Below are positions 50,208-59,369 of a stretch of 64,000 nt of DNA, one piece after another (within the stretch, counting starts at the first letter, position 1; each line of letters begins with the position of its first letter). This stretch comes from Parcubacteria group bacterium. GTDB taxonomy: Bacteria > Patescibacteriota > Minisyncoccia > Phycocordibacterales > Phycocordibacteraceae. The stretch is from assembly GCA_028286605.1 (NCBI GenBank), contig JAQBRE010000002.1, forward strand, positions 191,720 through 255,719, read 5' to 3'. The position numbers were made by a program, and so were the translations under genes. The notes under the pieces were generated by a model. That model made no database searches. It was not told where the DNA came from and saw only the letters and a program-made list of their open reading frames with translations.

Positions 50208-51992
50208 ATGACACTCCTACTCATTTCCTTTATTGCTGGCCTGCTTACCGTTCTTGCGCCCTGCGTGCTGCCGTTGCTACCAGTGATAGTGGGGGAATCA
50301 GTAACCGGAAAGCCGAGCATGAAGCGTGCGATCGTCACGATCCTTTCGCTCGCCGTCTCGCTCTTCGCCTTCACGTTCATACTGAAAGTTTCTACCGCAT
50401 TCATAAACGTGCCGCCGCAGGTGTGGTCATACATATCAGGCGGATTGCTCATCGCGTTCGGTATCATTTCTCTCTTTCCGAATCTGTGGGACAATCTTCT
50501 GTTCGTGAACAAGATGAATCGCGATGCGAATAAGGCGATAGGGCAGGGATATCTGAAGAAAAGCATCTGGGGGGACATCATCGTAGGTGCGGCGCTCGGC
50601 CCGGTGTTCTCTAGCTGCAGTCCGACGTACTTTTTAATATTGGCGACCGTGCTTCCGGTGAGCCTTGCGCTCGGCGCCGTGTATCTGACGGTGTACATCG
50701 TTGGGCTTTGCTTGTCGCTTCTTGCTATCGCGCTGCTTGGCCAGAAGCTCGTTACGAAACTCGGCGTCGCATCTGATCCGAACGGCTGGTTCAAGCGCGG
50801 CATCGGCATCATCTTCCTTATAATAGGTATCGCTATCGTGTTCGGCATCGATAAGACCGTTGAAGCGGATCTGCTTGCACATGCCGGCGCTCTTGATGTG
50901 ACGCAGATAGAGCAGAAGCTTCTTATCGACCGTGCGGCGCAAAGCGATGCGAATGCAACCGGCACGCTCGGCATGGGAAGTACCACCGGCATCACCGCAA
51001 CCTCAACGGCTTCAGCGATAACGGAAGCGTTGAAAGCGGCGCGGTATAAGAAAGCGCCTGAGCTCGCTCATCCGGACGCATATCTCAACACGGGTGGCCT
51101 TCCTATAACGCTTGCGCAATATCGCGGGAAGGATGTCGTGCTCGTAGACTTCTGGACGTACAGCTGCATAAACTGTCAGCGCACGCTGCCGTATCTCACG
51201 ACATGGTATGGAAAGTATAAGGATCAGGGTCTCGTCATCATCGGCGTGCACACGCCGGAGTTCGCGTTCGAGCATTTGCAGTCGAATGTCGCAGACGCGC
51301 TCAAGCGCTTCGGCATCACGTATCCCGTCGTGCTCGATAACGAATACGCAACATGGAATGCCTTCGGGAATCAGTTCTGGCCGCGCGATTACCTGATAGA
51401 TATCGATGGCTACATCGTGTATGACCACTCAGGAGAAGGGGATTATGCGGCAACGGAAACGGCAATTCAGAAAGCGCTCGCGGAGCGAGCGCAGCGCCTG
51501 AAGACCGGTGCGATGATTCCAACCACAACCAGCAGCGTGGCAGCAGCGACTGCTACGGGTGTCGGCAGTCCAGAAACATACTTCGGTGCATCGCGTAATC
51601 AATATCTTGCGAACGGCGAACCTTCTAATCCAGACACTCAGACGCTTACACTTCCCGCAGACTTCCTTCCGAACGCGCTCTACCTGGGTGGCGTATGGGA
51701 CTTCGCTCTTGAATATGCGACTGCGCACGACGGCGACGATATCGTGTATCGCTATAGTTCGAAAGAAGTATATGTCGTGGCGAGCGCTAACAGTCCGGTA
51801 ACCGTTGATGTTATGCAGGACGGAAAGCCGATAGGCGCTGCCGCAGGCAGCGACGTATCTGCACAAGGGATCCTCACCATCGGCTCAAGCCGTCTGTATA
51901 AGATCGTTAGCAACCCTGCTCCGGGTGACCACGTTCTTGAACTGAAGGTGCACGGAAACGGTGCACAGTTCTATACCTTCACCTTCGGGTAG
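50208..51992 (+). CDS. DipZ-like CcdA/DsbD-thioredoxin fusion
   Basis: LAPCVLP, FSSCSP, DFWTYSCINC, GVHTPEF, SPETY, YTFTFG. Confidence 0.92.
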   Translation: MTLLLISFIAGLLTVLAPCVLPLLPVIVGESVTGKPSMKRAIVTILSLAVSLFAFTFILKVSTAFINVPPQVWSYISGGLLIAFGIISLFPNLWDNLLFVNKMNRDANKAIGQGYLKKSIWGDIIVGAALGPVFSSCSPTYFLILATVLPVSLALGAVYLTVYIVGLCLSLLAIALLGQKLVTKLGVASDPNGWFKRGIGIIFLIIGIAIVFGIDKTVEADLLAHAGALDVTQIEQKLLIDRAAQSDANATGTLGMGSTTGITATSTASAITEALKAARYKKAPELAHPDAYLNTGGLPITLAQYRGKDVVLVDFWTYSCINCQRTLPYLTTWYGKYKDQGLVIIGVHTPEFAFEHLQSNVADALKRFGITYPVVLDNEYATWNAFGNQFWPRDYLIDIDGYIVYDHSGEGDYAATETAIQKALAERAQRLKTGAMIPTTTSSVAAATATGVGSPETYFGASRNQYLANGEPSNPDTQTLTLPADFLPNALYLGGVWDFALEYATAHDGDDIVYRYSSKEVYVVASANSPVTVDVMQDGKPIGAAAGSDVSAQGILTIGSSRLYKIVSNPAPGDHVLELKVHGNGAQFYTFTFG

Positions 51993-52017
51993 CGTGACCG
52001 TAGACTATACTGAATAG

Positions 52018-52560
52018 ATGATTTCCCAGAAAGGGTTCACTCTTATCGAGCTTCTCGTCGTTATCGCGATCATCGGCATACTTTCCAGCATCGTGCTTTC
52101 TTCGCTGAATACCGCTCGCACGAAAGGGACTGACGCAGCAGTGAAATCGAATCTCGATCAGGCGCGTACGCAGGCAGAGCTGTTCTATTCGACGAATGGA
52201 GATTCTTATAACAATGGCACGAATGATGTTTGTGCCGTGGGTGCGCTCGCGCTTCGTGATGCATGGATACCTCAAGAAGCTGGAAAATTACTTGCCTTCG
52301 TCGGGTTACCTCCCGGCACGGTGAAGGGAATCAACAGCTTCGTTCTTGCTGCTGCACAATCCGCGGGGCTAGCAACTGTTTCGTTAAATGCTGCAGGCGG
52401 GCCTGGTGTCGCGCTCTGTAATAGTTCAGCGACCGCGTGGGCAGCGGAAGTTCCCCTCAAGACCGCAGGTGCAGGATTCTTCTGTGTCGATAACACCGGT
52501 ATCGCGAGTACTTCGCCGACGACCAAGATCTCAACCGCTGCGGACCGTTCCTGCTTGTAA
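52018..52560 (+). CDS. Orphan type IV pilin paralogue 4
   Basis: GFTLIELLVVIAIIG...KG.DAAVKSNL.QARTQ; same C-terminal motifs as the cluster pilins. Confidence 0.9.
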   Translation: MISQKGFTLIELLVVIAIIGILSSIVLSSLNTARTKGTDAAVKSNLDQARTQAELFYSTNGDSYNNGTNDVCAVGALALRDAWIPQEAGKLLAFVGLPPGTVKGINSFVLAAAQSAGLATVSLNAAGGPGVALCNSSATAWAAEVPLKTAGAGFFCVDNTGIASTSPTTKISTAADRSCL

Positions 52561-53013
52561 GCGCTTCAGCACGATCTGGTATTCACGCCAGACGAAATAC
52601 ATCACGATGAGATCGAACACAGTTATGCCGATTACGATGATCGAGTCGCCGTTGAGTATCTGGTAAATCTGATACAGCACGAATCCACCCATTACTAGGA
52701 GCAGCGATGGATATGCCCAGAGCTTGTTCAGGAGGAGCGCACTGATAAGCACGGCCTTCACGATACCTCGTATGAAAAGATATCCTGCGACGAAAAGTAG
52801 GGTGTCTGGAGTATAGCTCCCAACCTGGTCGAGCAGCTCTGCTCCGATGGAACCGAGTGGAAGGTTTGTTATGAGCGCAGATGCCAGCTCGTAGATTTTC
52901 GCAGACGGGACAAAGAGAATCGCGATGCCGGAGAGAACTTCGATGATCGAGATAGCGCCCTTAAGAAGGATCGTGATGAGGAATCCTTCGTATATCATTT
53001 TTTCTTCTTGCAT
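52531..53013 (-). CDS. DUF2127-like membrane protein (second copy)
   Basis: Paralogue of 40465-40941 (LLKGA.S..E, NKLWAYP, YQIYQI). Start taken at ATG 53013. Confidence 0.75.
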   Translation of the reverse strand: MQEEKMIYEGFLITILLKGAISIIEVLSGIAILFVPSAKIYELASALITNLPLGSIGAELLDQVGSYTPDTLLFVAGYLFIRGIVKAVLISALLLNKLWAYPSLLLVMGGFVLYQIYQILNGDSIIVIGITVFDLIVMYFVWREYQIVLKRLQAGTVRSG

Positions 53014-53020
53014 AGAGGAC

Positions 53021-53028
53021 AGTATACT
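53021..53028. promoter_or_regulatory. Palindromic AGTATACT acting as -10 box for both divergent genes
   Basis: CAT-N7-AGTATACT-N7-ATG. Confidence 0.6.
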
Positions 53029-53035
53029 GTACGTA

Positions 53036-54382
53036 ATGCTACTTCCGGAACGCGCTCGCAGCCCACGTCCGTTTTTCTGGTCTTTTGCAGCTATTATCGC
53101 GGTCGCAGGCATCGCAGGATCTATATATGTATACGTGCAGGTTGATCAGTCGGGCCGCCAGGACATAATCGATCGTGCAGCGACGCTTGCGCAAGTGATT
53201 CCCGCAAACGATGTGTTGGCACTTTCTGGTAGTTCGGCAGACCTCTCTTCGCCCACATATCAAGAATTAAAAACGCTTATGGAGCGCGAACGCGCGGTGA
53301 ATCACGACATACGTTTCATATATCTAGTGGGCAACGAACCGGACGGTACGCTCTTTTTCTACGGTGATTCTGAAGACCCTGCATCGCCGGATTATTCGCC
53401 GCCTGGCCAGGAGTATCCTGAAGCATCGCCTGCGATGCACACGTTCTTTGCGGATGGAGGGAAGAGCCTTGCGGAAGGACCCGATCGCGATCGCTGGGGA
53501 TTGTGGATTTCAGCATACGCGCCCGTTCGCGATGTGAATGGGAACCTTATCGCTATGCTCGGCATGGATGTGCCTGCAGGACCGTATCTTTTGGATCTTA
53601 TTACGTATGCATCACTGCCGCTTCTGCTTGCGCTCCTCCTCCTTGTTCTTTTGCTGGTAGACGGCATATGGCGTGCGCGCAAGGAAGCACTCCTTTCGCA
53701 GAAAGCGGAATTCCTTTCCATCGCCTCACATCAGATTCGTACGCCGCTCATCGGCATACGTTGGGCCATCGAGCAGGTGCTTTCTTCGAATGGCTCTACC
53801 TTGAGTGATCGGGATCGCAACACGCTTTCGCTTACGCATGAAAGCAGCCTCGGCCTTATCGGCCGCGTGAATAATTTGCTAGATGTCACGTCGCTGGAAC
53901 AGCAGGGCGCGCTTCGCGCGCCCAACCAATCTGTCCTAATGCAGCCGCTTCTTAAAGAAATCGCAGACAGTCTCGAGCTTTCCGCCAAGCGCAAGCAGGT
54001 TAGTATCGTTCTCGACGAAAGCATCCCTTCGGATCTTGAAGTGACGAGCGACCGTCAGACGCTCCAGCATATCTTCTTTAATCTTTTAGGTAACGCGGTG
54101 AAGTACACGCGTTCAGAAACGACCATCACCGTCGCGTACGGCTGGACTCCTGATGGCCATCAATTCACCATCACGGATCATGGCCTCGGCATTGCCGCCT
54201 CAGAACAGGAACTTATCTTTGCGGGCTATCATCGCACGCAGCAGGCTATGGAAAGCGGGGAAGCAGGCAGCGGTCTCGGCCTCTATCTTACGAAGAAACT
54301 CGTTCAGCTATTAAAAGGGACGATAGAAGTACACTCGGTCGTGGGCGAAGGCTCGATCTTCACCGTAACGATTCCGGACTAA
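53036..54382 (+). CDS. Sensor histidine kinase
   Basis: Two TMs around a Cache-like loop; ASHQIRTPL, NLLGNAVKY, DHGLGI, GSGLGL. Confidence 0.92.
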   Translation: MLLPERARSPRPFFWSFAAIIAVAGIAGSIYVYVQVDQSGRQDIIDRAATLAQVIPANDVLALSGSSADLSSPTYQELKTLMERERAVNHDIRFIYLVGNEPDGTLFFYGDSEDPASPDYSPPGQEYPEASPAMHTFFADGGKSLAEGPDRDRWGLWISAYAPVRDVNGNLIAMLGMDVPAGPYLLDLITYASLPLLLALLLLVLLLVDGIWRARKEALLSQKAEFLSIASHQIRTPLIGIRWAIEQVLSSNGSTLSDRDRNTLSLTHESSLGLIGRVNNLLDVTSLEQQGALRAPNQSVLMQPLLKEIADSLELSAKRKQVSIVLDESIPSDLEVTSDRQTLQHIFFNLLGNAVKYTRSETTITVAYGWTPDGHQFTITDHGLGIAASEQELIFAGYHRTQQAMESGEAGSGLGLYLTKKLVQLLKGTIEVHSVVGEGSIFTVTIPD

Positions 54383-54750
54383 TCGGGCGGAAGATGTTCG
54401 CGAATGAGATTCACCACTGCAGTGATCTGCGGATCTGATTTTATGAGATAGGCGATAACGCCATCGTCTGCAGCGCGAGCAACATGCTCAAGCTCATTCG
54501 AATTACTGAGTATGACGAACGGCGTCTTAGCGAGCGGGGCCATGGTACGGATCTGCTCGAGCATCTCGAGGCCGCTCATCTTCGGCATCATCACATCCAG
54601 CACGACGGCATCCGGCTTCTCCTTGAAATAGAGCTCGACGCCTTCGGCACCATCCTGCGCAGTCACGACCTCGAAACCCGACATGGCGAACTGGTTGGCG
54701 AGTACGGTGCGGAGCAGCGAATCGTCTTCGGCGATGAGTACTTTCTTCAT
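54379..54750 (-). CDS. Single-domain response regulator
   Basis: IAEDD, LDVMMP, LSN, YLIK. Confidence 0.92.
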   Translation of the reverse strand: MKKVLIAEDDSLLRTVLANQFAMSGFEVVTAQDGAEGVELYFKEKPDAVVLDVMMPKMSGLEMLEQIRTMAPLAKTPFVILSNSNELEHVARAADDGVIAYLIKSDPQITAVVNLIREHLPPD

Positions 54751-54808
54751 TGGAAAAAGTATAACACCGGTTTTGAGCCCGTCAGTATCACTGATACGAT
54801 GAATATTC

Positions 54809-56596
54809 ATGCACGATCCTAAGAAAAAGACTCGAATAATGCCCGTTTTACGCCTTTATACGAAGGCGGCATTGAAATACCCATGGCTTCTGGTCCTGAT
54901 CGTGGTCGGGGGAGTAATCATCGAAGGAGCGAGCGTCGCGAGTTCGCTCGTCGTACGAAACATCATCAACCTGCTCTCGGAAAATAAGCCGAACGCGGCA
55001 GTGGTAACGATGCTTTTTATCACTCTTGGTTTCTTTGCCCTGACGGCCATAGGCGGGTGGGTCGGGCAGCGCTTGCGCCAGATCGGACTCACGTACATCG
55101 AACCGAAGGCGATGAACGATCTCACCTCTTCTGCGTTCGCGTATATGCTCGGGCACTCGCACGATTTTTTCATATCTAATTTCTCAGGCTCACTCACGCG
55201 TCGCGTGACGCGTTTCGGACGCAGTTTCGAGAACGTTCTTGATAATCTCTCCTTTAACTTCTTCTCGACAGCTGTCTATACGTCGAGTATCCTTGTTATT
55301 CTTTCACTGCGTAATCTTCTTCTCGGCATTATCGTATTTGCGTGGACCGTCCTATTCATCTATATACAAGTCGCAATGGCACGCTGGCGTCAGCCGTTAC
55401 GCGTCGCGCGTGCTGCCGAAGACAGTAACGTTACGGGAGTTCTTTCTGATGCTATTGGAAACTATTCTGCTATCAGCCTGTTTGCTGCTGATACGCACGA
55501 ACGCTCTATATTCGACGGTGCGCTGGAGAAGTGGCGCGTCGCAACACTGAAGTCATGGGTGGCTGATAACTGGATATGGGGCGTGCAAGGCATTTTCGTG
55601 ATGATCATGGAAATCGGCTTGCTTGCGGTGGGTATCCTGCTTTGGGAACGCGGCATCTTTTCAGTAGGTGATTTCGTTCTCATTCAGCTGTATCTTATCG
55701 GTCTTATCGATCGCATCTGGAATATCGGGAATGCGATGCGCCAGCTGTACGATGCATTCGCTGATGCGTATGAGATGGTGGAGATATTCGAGCAACCGCA
55801 TGCGGTTCAGGACGCACCGAATGCAACGGAACTTTCAATTACGGATGGTTCTATCGACCTCGATGACGTCGGATTCCATTTCATCGAAGGACGCGATGTC
55901 TTCAAGAATTTCACGCTCTCCATAAAAGGAGGAGAGAAGATCGCGTTTGTGGGTCCTTCAGGCGCAGGGAAGTCTACGGTTATTCGTTTGCTTCTACGTT
56001 TGTATGACGTAACGGCTGGGTCTGTATGCGTAGACGGAAAAGATATTCGTTCTATCACGCAGGGAAGTTTGCGTCGGGCTATTTCGTTCGTGCCACAGGA
56101 GCCGGTGCTGTTCCATCGCACGCTGCGCGAGAATATCGCGTATGCGAAGCCGGATGCTTCGCTCGAAGAAGTCATCGACGCAGCGAAGAAAGCACACTGC
56201 CATGAGTTCATCGATATGCTTCCTGAAAAGTATGAGACGCTCGTGGGCGAGCGCGGGGTTAAGCTGTCGGGCGGCGAGCGTCAGCGAGTCGCCATAGCGC
56301 GTGCCATCCTTAAGAATGCGCCGATACTTATTCTCGACGAAGCGACCTCAAGCTTGGACTCTGAATCAGAGGCGCTCATCCAGGATGCGCTGCGCATTCT
56401 CATGGAAGGGAAGACAGTCGTGGTTGTTGCGCATCGTCTTTCCACTATCATGCGCATGGATCGCATCATGGTTATCGAAGGCGGCACCATAGTCGCTCAG
56501 GGCACGCACGACGAGCTGCTTAATCACAAGGGTAGCCTGTATCACAAGCTCTGGAGCATCCAGGCAGGTGGGTTTATCGCAGATGTTGAGGAATAG
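54809..56596 (+). CDS. ABC exporter, fused TMD-NBD
   Basis: GPSGAGKST, LSGGERQR, ILDEATSSLD, AHRLST. Confidence 0.95.
   Translation: MHDPKKKTRIMPVLRLYTKAALKYPWLLVLIVVGGVIIEGASVASSLVVRNIINLLSENKPNAAVVTMLFITLGFFALTAIGGWVGQRLRQIGLTYIEPKAMNDLTSSAFAYMLGHSHDFFISNFSGSLTRRVTRFGRSFENVLDNLSFNFFSTAVYTSSILVILSLRNLLLGIIVFAWTVLFIYIQVAMARWRQPLRVARAAEDSNVTGVLSDAIGNYSAISLFAADTHERSIFDGALEKWRVATLKSWVADNWIWGVQGIFVMIMEIGLLAVGILLWERGIFSVGDFVLIQLYLIGLIDRIWNIGNAMRQLYDAFADAYEMVEIFEQPHAVQDAPNATELSITDGSIDLDDVGFHFIEGRDVFKNFTLSIKGGEKIAFVGPSGAGKSTVIRLLLRLYDVTAGSVCVDGKDIRSITQGSLRRAISFVPQEPVLFHRTLRENIAYAKPDASLEEVIDAAKKAHCHEFIDMLPEKYETLVGERGVKLSGGERQRVAIARAILKNAPILILDEATSSLDSESEALIQDALRILMEGKTVVVVAHRLSTIMRMDRIMVIEGGTIVAQGTHDELLNHKGSLYHKLWSIQAGGFIADVEE
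56550..56583 (+). repeat. Direct repeat copy 1 (3' end of the ABC gene); copy 2 at 60968-61001
   Basis: TCTGGAGCATCCAGGCAGG(T/C)GGGTT(T/C)ATCGC(A/G)GA, 31/34 identical. Confidence 0.9.
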
Positions 56597-56616
56597 GTTA
56601 TAGCAACATGAACATA

Positions 56617-56648
56617 GTCAATAAAGAATCCAAATATTCTTTATTGAC
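56617..56648. repeat. 13-6-13 perfect inverted repeat at the island left edge
   Basis: GTCAATAAAGAAT-ccaaat-ATTCTTTATTGAC. Confidence 0.8.
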
Positions 56649-56699
56649 ATAATCTTAATTTTTATGGAGACTGAAAGCGGATTACTACAGGAGATGGTT

Positions 56700-57278
56700 A
56701 TGAATCCTATTAAAACAGTTCTGCTGCACGGAAAGCCTGGTGCTGGGAAAGGCACTCAAGCAAAATTACTGATTGATGGCTTAGGCTGGCGTTACTGCGG
56801 TACCGGCGATTTTTTTCGAGATCAAGCCAAACACGATAATGAGCTAGGCAGGCGGATACGAATTGCCTACGAGACTGGGACGTTCCTTCCGCAATGGTTA
56901 ATTACGCGCCTTTTTGTGAACGAGACTATGTGTCTTAATCTTTCACAAGGAATTGTTTTTGATGGCTTTGCCCGTACAAGTCTTCAGGCAAGCGAGATTC
57001 ATAGTATTTTATCCTGGTTCGAACGCCCATATCTTGTCATTAATCTTGAAGTGAGTGATTCGATAGCTCTTCAGCGTATTGCTCAGCGAAATTTGATAGA
57101 AGATAGAACAGACGGAGATTCACTAGAAAAATTACAGAAGCGTTTCTCAGTTCATCGAAACCTCAGTGAACCAGCACTTACAATTTTCGAGAATGCCAAT
57201 GGATTAAAACGCATTGATGGCGAGCGTCCAATTGAGGTAGTTCATCAAGACATACTCGATCTGCTTCAATCTTACTGA
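56700..57278 (+). CDS. Adenylate-kinase-like nucleoside monophosphate kinase
   Basis: GKPGAGKGTQ, TGD.FR, FDGFAR, R.D.D short lid. Confidence 0.88.
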   Translation: MNPIKTVLLHGKPGAGKGTQAKLLIDGLGWRYCGTGDFFRDQAKHDNELGRRIRIAYETGTFLPQWLITRLFVNETMCLNLSQGIVFDGFARTSLQASEIHSILSWFERPYLVINLEVSDSIALQRIAQRNLIEDRTDGDSLEKLQKRFSVHRNLSEPALTIFENANGLKRIDGERPIEVVHQDILDLLQSY

Positions 57279-57372
57279 GCGCCCGCCCTAGTGTGGGCGC
57301 TTTTTGTTATTGACTTATATATCCGTTAAGTTAGCGTTTGTACGCGTACCATTTCTATGAAATAATTGTTGC

Positions 57373-57990
57373 ATGACCAGCATCTTAGGAAAGGGCTTTG
57401 TTTTACTCACCTCGACAGGTTTTTCCAATACAAAAGTTGCTGATACTTTAATATCAAATCTGACGAATATTCCGCAGAAACGTGCTGCCGTAGTGACAAC
57501 TGCAGCCGAAGACAAAGCTGAGAATCGTTATTCAATCTTAGCCAAAGAGCAACTTGAGGGAATGGGATTTGGCCAAGTTGATTTTCTGGATTTAGAAATA
57601 GACGGTTCAGAAGGTGTTCCGTCTTACGATCTCATCTATGTCTGTGGAGGTAATACCTTCAAGCTTCTCTTTTTCGCTAGATCTACAGATTTCAAAGAAA
57701 AAATACTTGAGGTACTTTCACGCGGAGGTTGTTATGTGGGGGTTAGTGCTGGCAGCCTTATTGCTGGACCTTCAATACAGATAGCGAATGAAGTAGCACC
57801 TGACAAAAACGATGTAAGTTTGAAAGATTTCACTGGTTTATCAATTGTTTCTTCTATAGTTTTTCCACATTATACGGTAGAGCATGAGTTAGAAATAATA
57901 TCCTTTGAATCAAGGAATTCAGTTAAGATTACTCGTCTGACGAATGATCAGGCACTCTTGATTATGCAAGATTCACAAATATTAATATGA
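57373..57990 (+). CDS. Peptidase S51 (dipeptidase E-like)
   Basis: GGNT, GVSAG, FPHY. Confidence 0.85.
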   Translation: MTSILGKGFVLLTSTGFSNTKVADTLISNLTNIPQKRAAVVTTAAEDKAENRYSILAKEQLEGMGFGQVDFLDLEIDGSEGVPSYDLIYVCGGNTFKLLFFARSTDFKEKILEVLSRGGCYVGVSAGSLIAGPSIQIANEVAPDKNDVSLKDFTGLSIVSSIVFPHYTVEHELEIISFESRNSVKITRLTNDQALLIMQDSQILI

Positions 57991-58748
57991 TGAAGCATAT
58001 TGTTTTTATAACTGATTGCAGTGATATTGCATACAGCGAACTACGTGGTACAGCATTGAGCGAATTAGCTAAACTAACAGCACAAGACAATATCTCTATT
58101 GAGCCTGTTGTGAGCGTTAAACCATTTTCAATTCTAAATGGAAACTTCGTTCTCCGTCTTATGGCCGAATCGTATCCGGAAGGTACCGTCTTTTCTGTAA
58201 TTCTTAACCCTTCAAAGAATCGTCCAGAACGCCTTTTAGGACGAACTAAGAAAAATAACTTTCTATTTGTCGGCGCTAACACCGGAGTGTTTGAATGGTT
58301 CCTTAGAGATTTTGGTGTCGCCGAACTGTATGAACTTAAGGATCCAGGTTTTCTGCCATTTGGTGGAAAATACGTACATGCTCCCGCTGTGGCTAAATTA
58401 GCTAGCGGTATTCCACCTGCTGAACTCGGAAATCCATTTCAAGTGAGTGGTTTGCGTAAACTAGAAATACTTCCTGGAACTATCGTGCATGTTGATAATT
58501 TTGGACTAATGAAATTTAATACCGTTTTACCGAAATTTGAAGAAGGGGCCCGACTGCGTATAACCGTTAAGGGACTTTCTATCCCGGCTGTGTATTCAAC
58601 ACGAATGATGAATCGAGAAACAGGAGAATGGGTTATCTATCCAGGCAGTTCTCTTGGATTACCGGAGCTAGGGAAAGTTCGTCAAAACGGAGCATTAGAG
58701 CTGGGAGTTGCGGAAGGTGATCAAATTTTCATCGAGATCGAAAAATAA
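57987..58748 (+). CDS. SAM-dependent chlorinase/fluorinase/SAM hydrolase family (DUF62-like)
   Basis: VFITD, YPEGTVF, FVGANTG, F.G....AP, IVHVDNFG. Confidence 0.8.
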   Translation: MMKHIVFITDCSDIAYSELRGTALSELAKLTAQDNISIEPVVSVKPFSILNGNFVLRLMAESYPEGTVFSVILNPSKNRPERLLGRTKKNNFLFVGANTGVFEWFLRDFGVAELYELKDPGFLPFGGKYVHAPAVAKLASGIPPAELGNPFQVSGLRKLEILPGTIVHVDNFGLMKFNTVLPKFEEGARLRITVKGLSIPAVYSTRMMNRETGEWVIYPGSSLGLPELGKVRQNGALELGVAEGDQIFIEIEK

Positions 58749-58792
58749 AGACCCCTGCGGTGTTGTGCAGGGGTCAGTTTTGTTGCAAGCTC

Positions 58793-59356
58793 TCACGTTG
58801 TGCTCAGGAAAAAGACACTGAAGGGTGGAAGTGCTTGCCGAGCAGCCAGGTAGAAGTACTCAGACCGGATGCCCGCAAGAAATCCATTCAAGCCGAATTT
58901 TTCCATCGCTACGCGAATTACGTGCAGATGCCACAGAAATCCGATTATCTCGGATGATCGGAGATCGTCTATAGTCCCCTTGCTTTTAGGTAACAGTTTC
59001 AGAAACTGGGAAGTACTAAATTTTAAGCTGTACTGTAAGTACTCCCAGTACTCTGATACATCAACGAACGTCGACACTAGATATACTTCATCGAATTGTA
59101 GCTGTGGCAAATTAGTCAGATATTCTTGACTGATTTGCGACTGCTCTTCATCAGTGCGCGAGTACAATATCAAGGGCCAAATATCGTCTACCAATCCCAC
59201 AACTTTGACTTCAGTGATAGCATTTTCACCGATTAGTGATTTTGCTGCTTGTGGATAGGTAGCCAAATAAGGCTTTGGTGCACCACGAGCCCAGACACTG
59301 AAACCTAGGCGTTGTAATGGTACGATTGGTACTGTGTATATCGAGGAGGTAATCAT
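58793..59356 (-). CDS. Hypothetical protein resembling a stand-alone class Ic aaRS catalytic domain
   Basis: Order of elements (GF.., VVGLVDD, EII.., GFLAG, ARQALP) parallels the TyrRS/TrpRS Rossmann fold. No HIGH or KMSKS. Start taken at ATG 59356. Confidence 0.45.
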   Translation of the reverse strand: MITSSIYTVPIVPLQRLGFSVWARGAPKPYLATYPQAAKSLIGENAITEVKVVGLVDDIWPLILYSRTDEEQSQISQEYLTNLPQLQFDEVYLVSTFVDVSEYWEYLQYSLKFSTSQFLKLLPKSKGTIDDLRSSEIIGFLWHLHVIRVAMEKFGLNGFLAGIRSEYFYLAARQALPPFSVFFLSTT

Positions 59357-59369
59357 GACGATAACCCAC

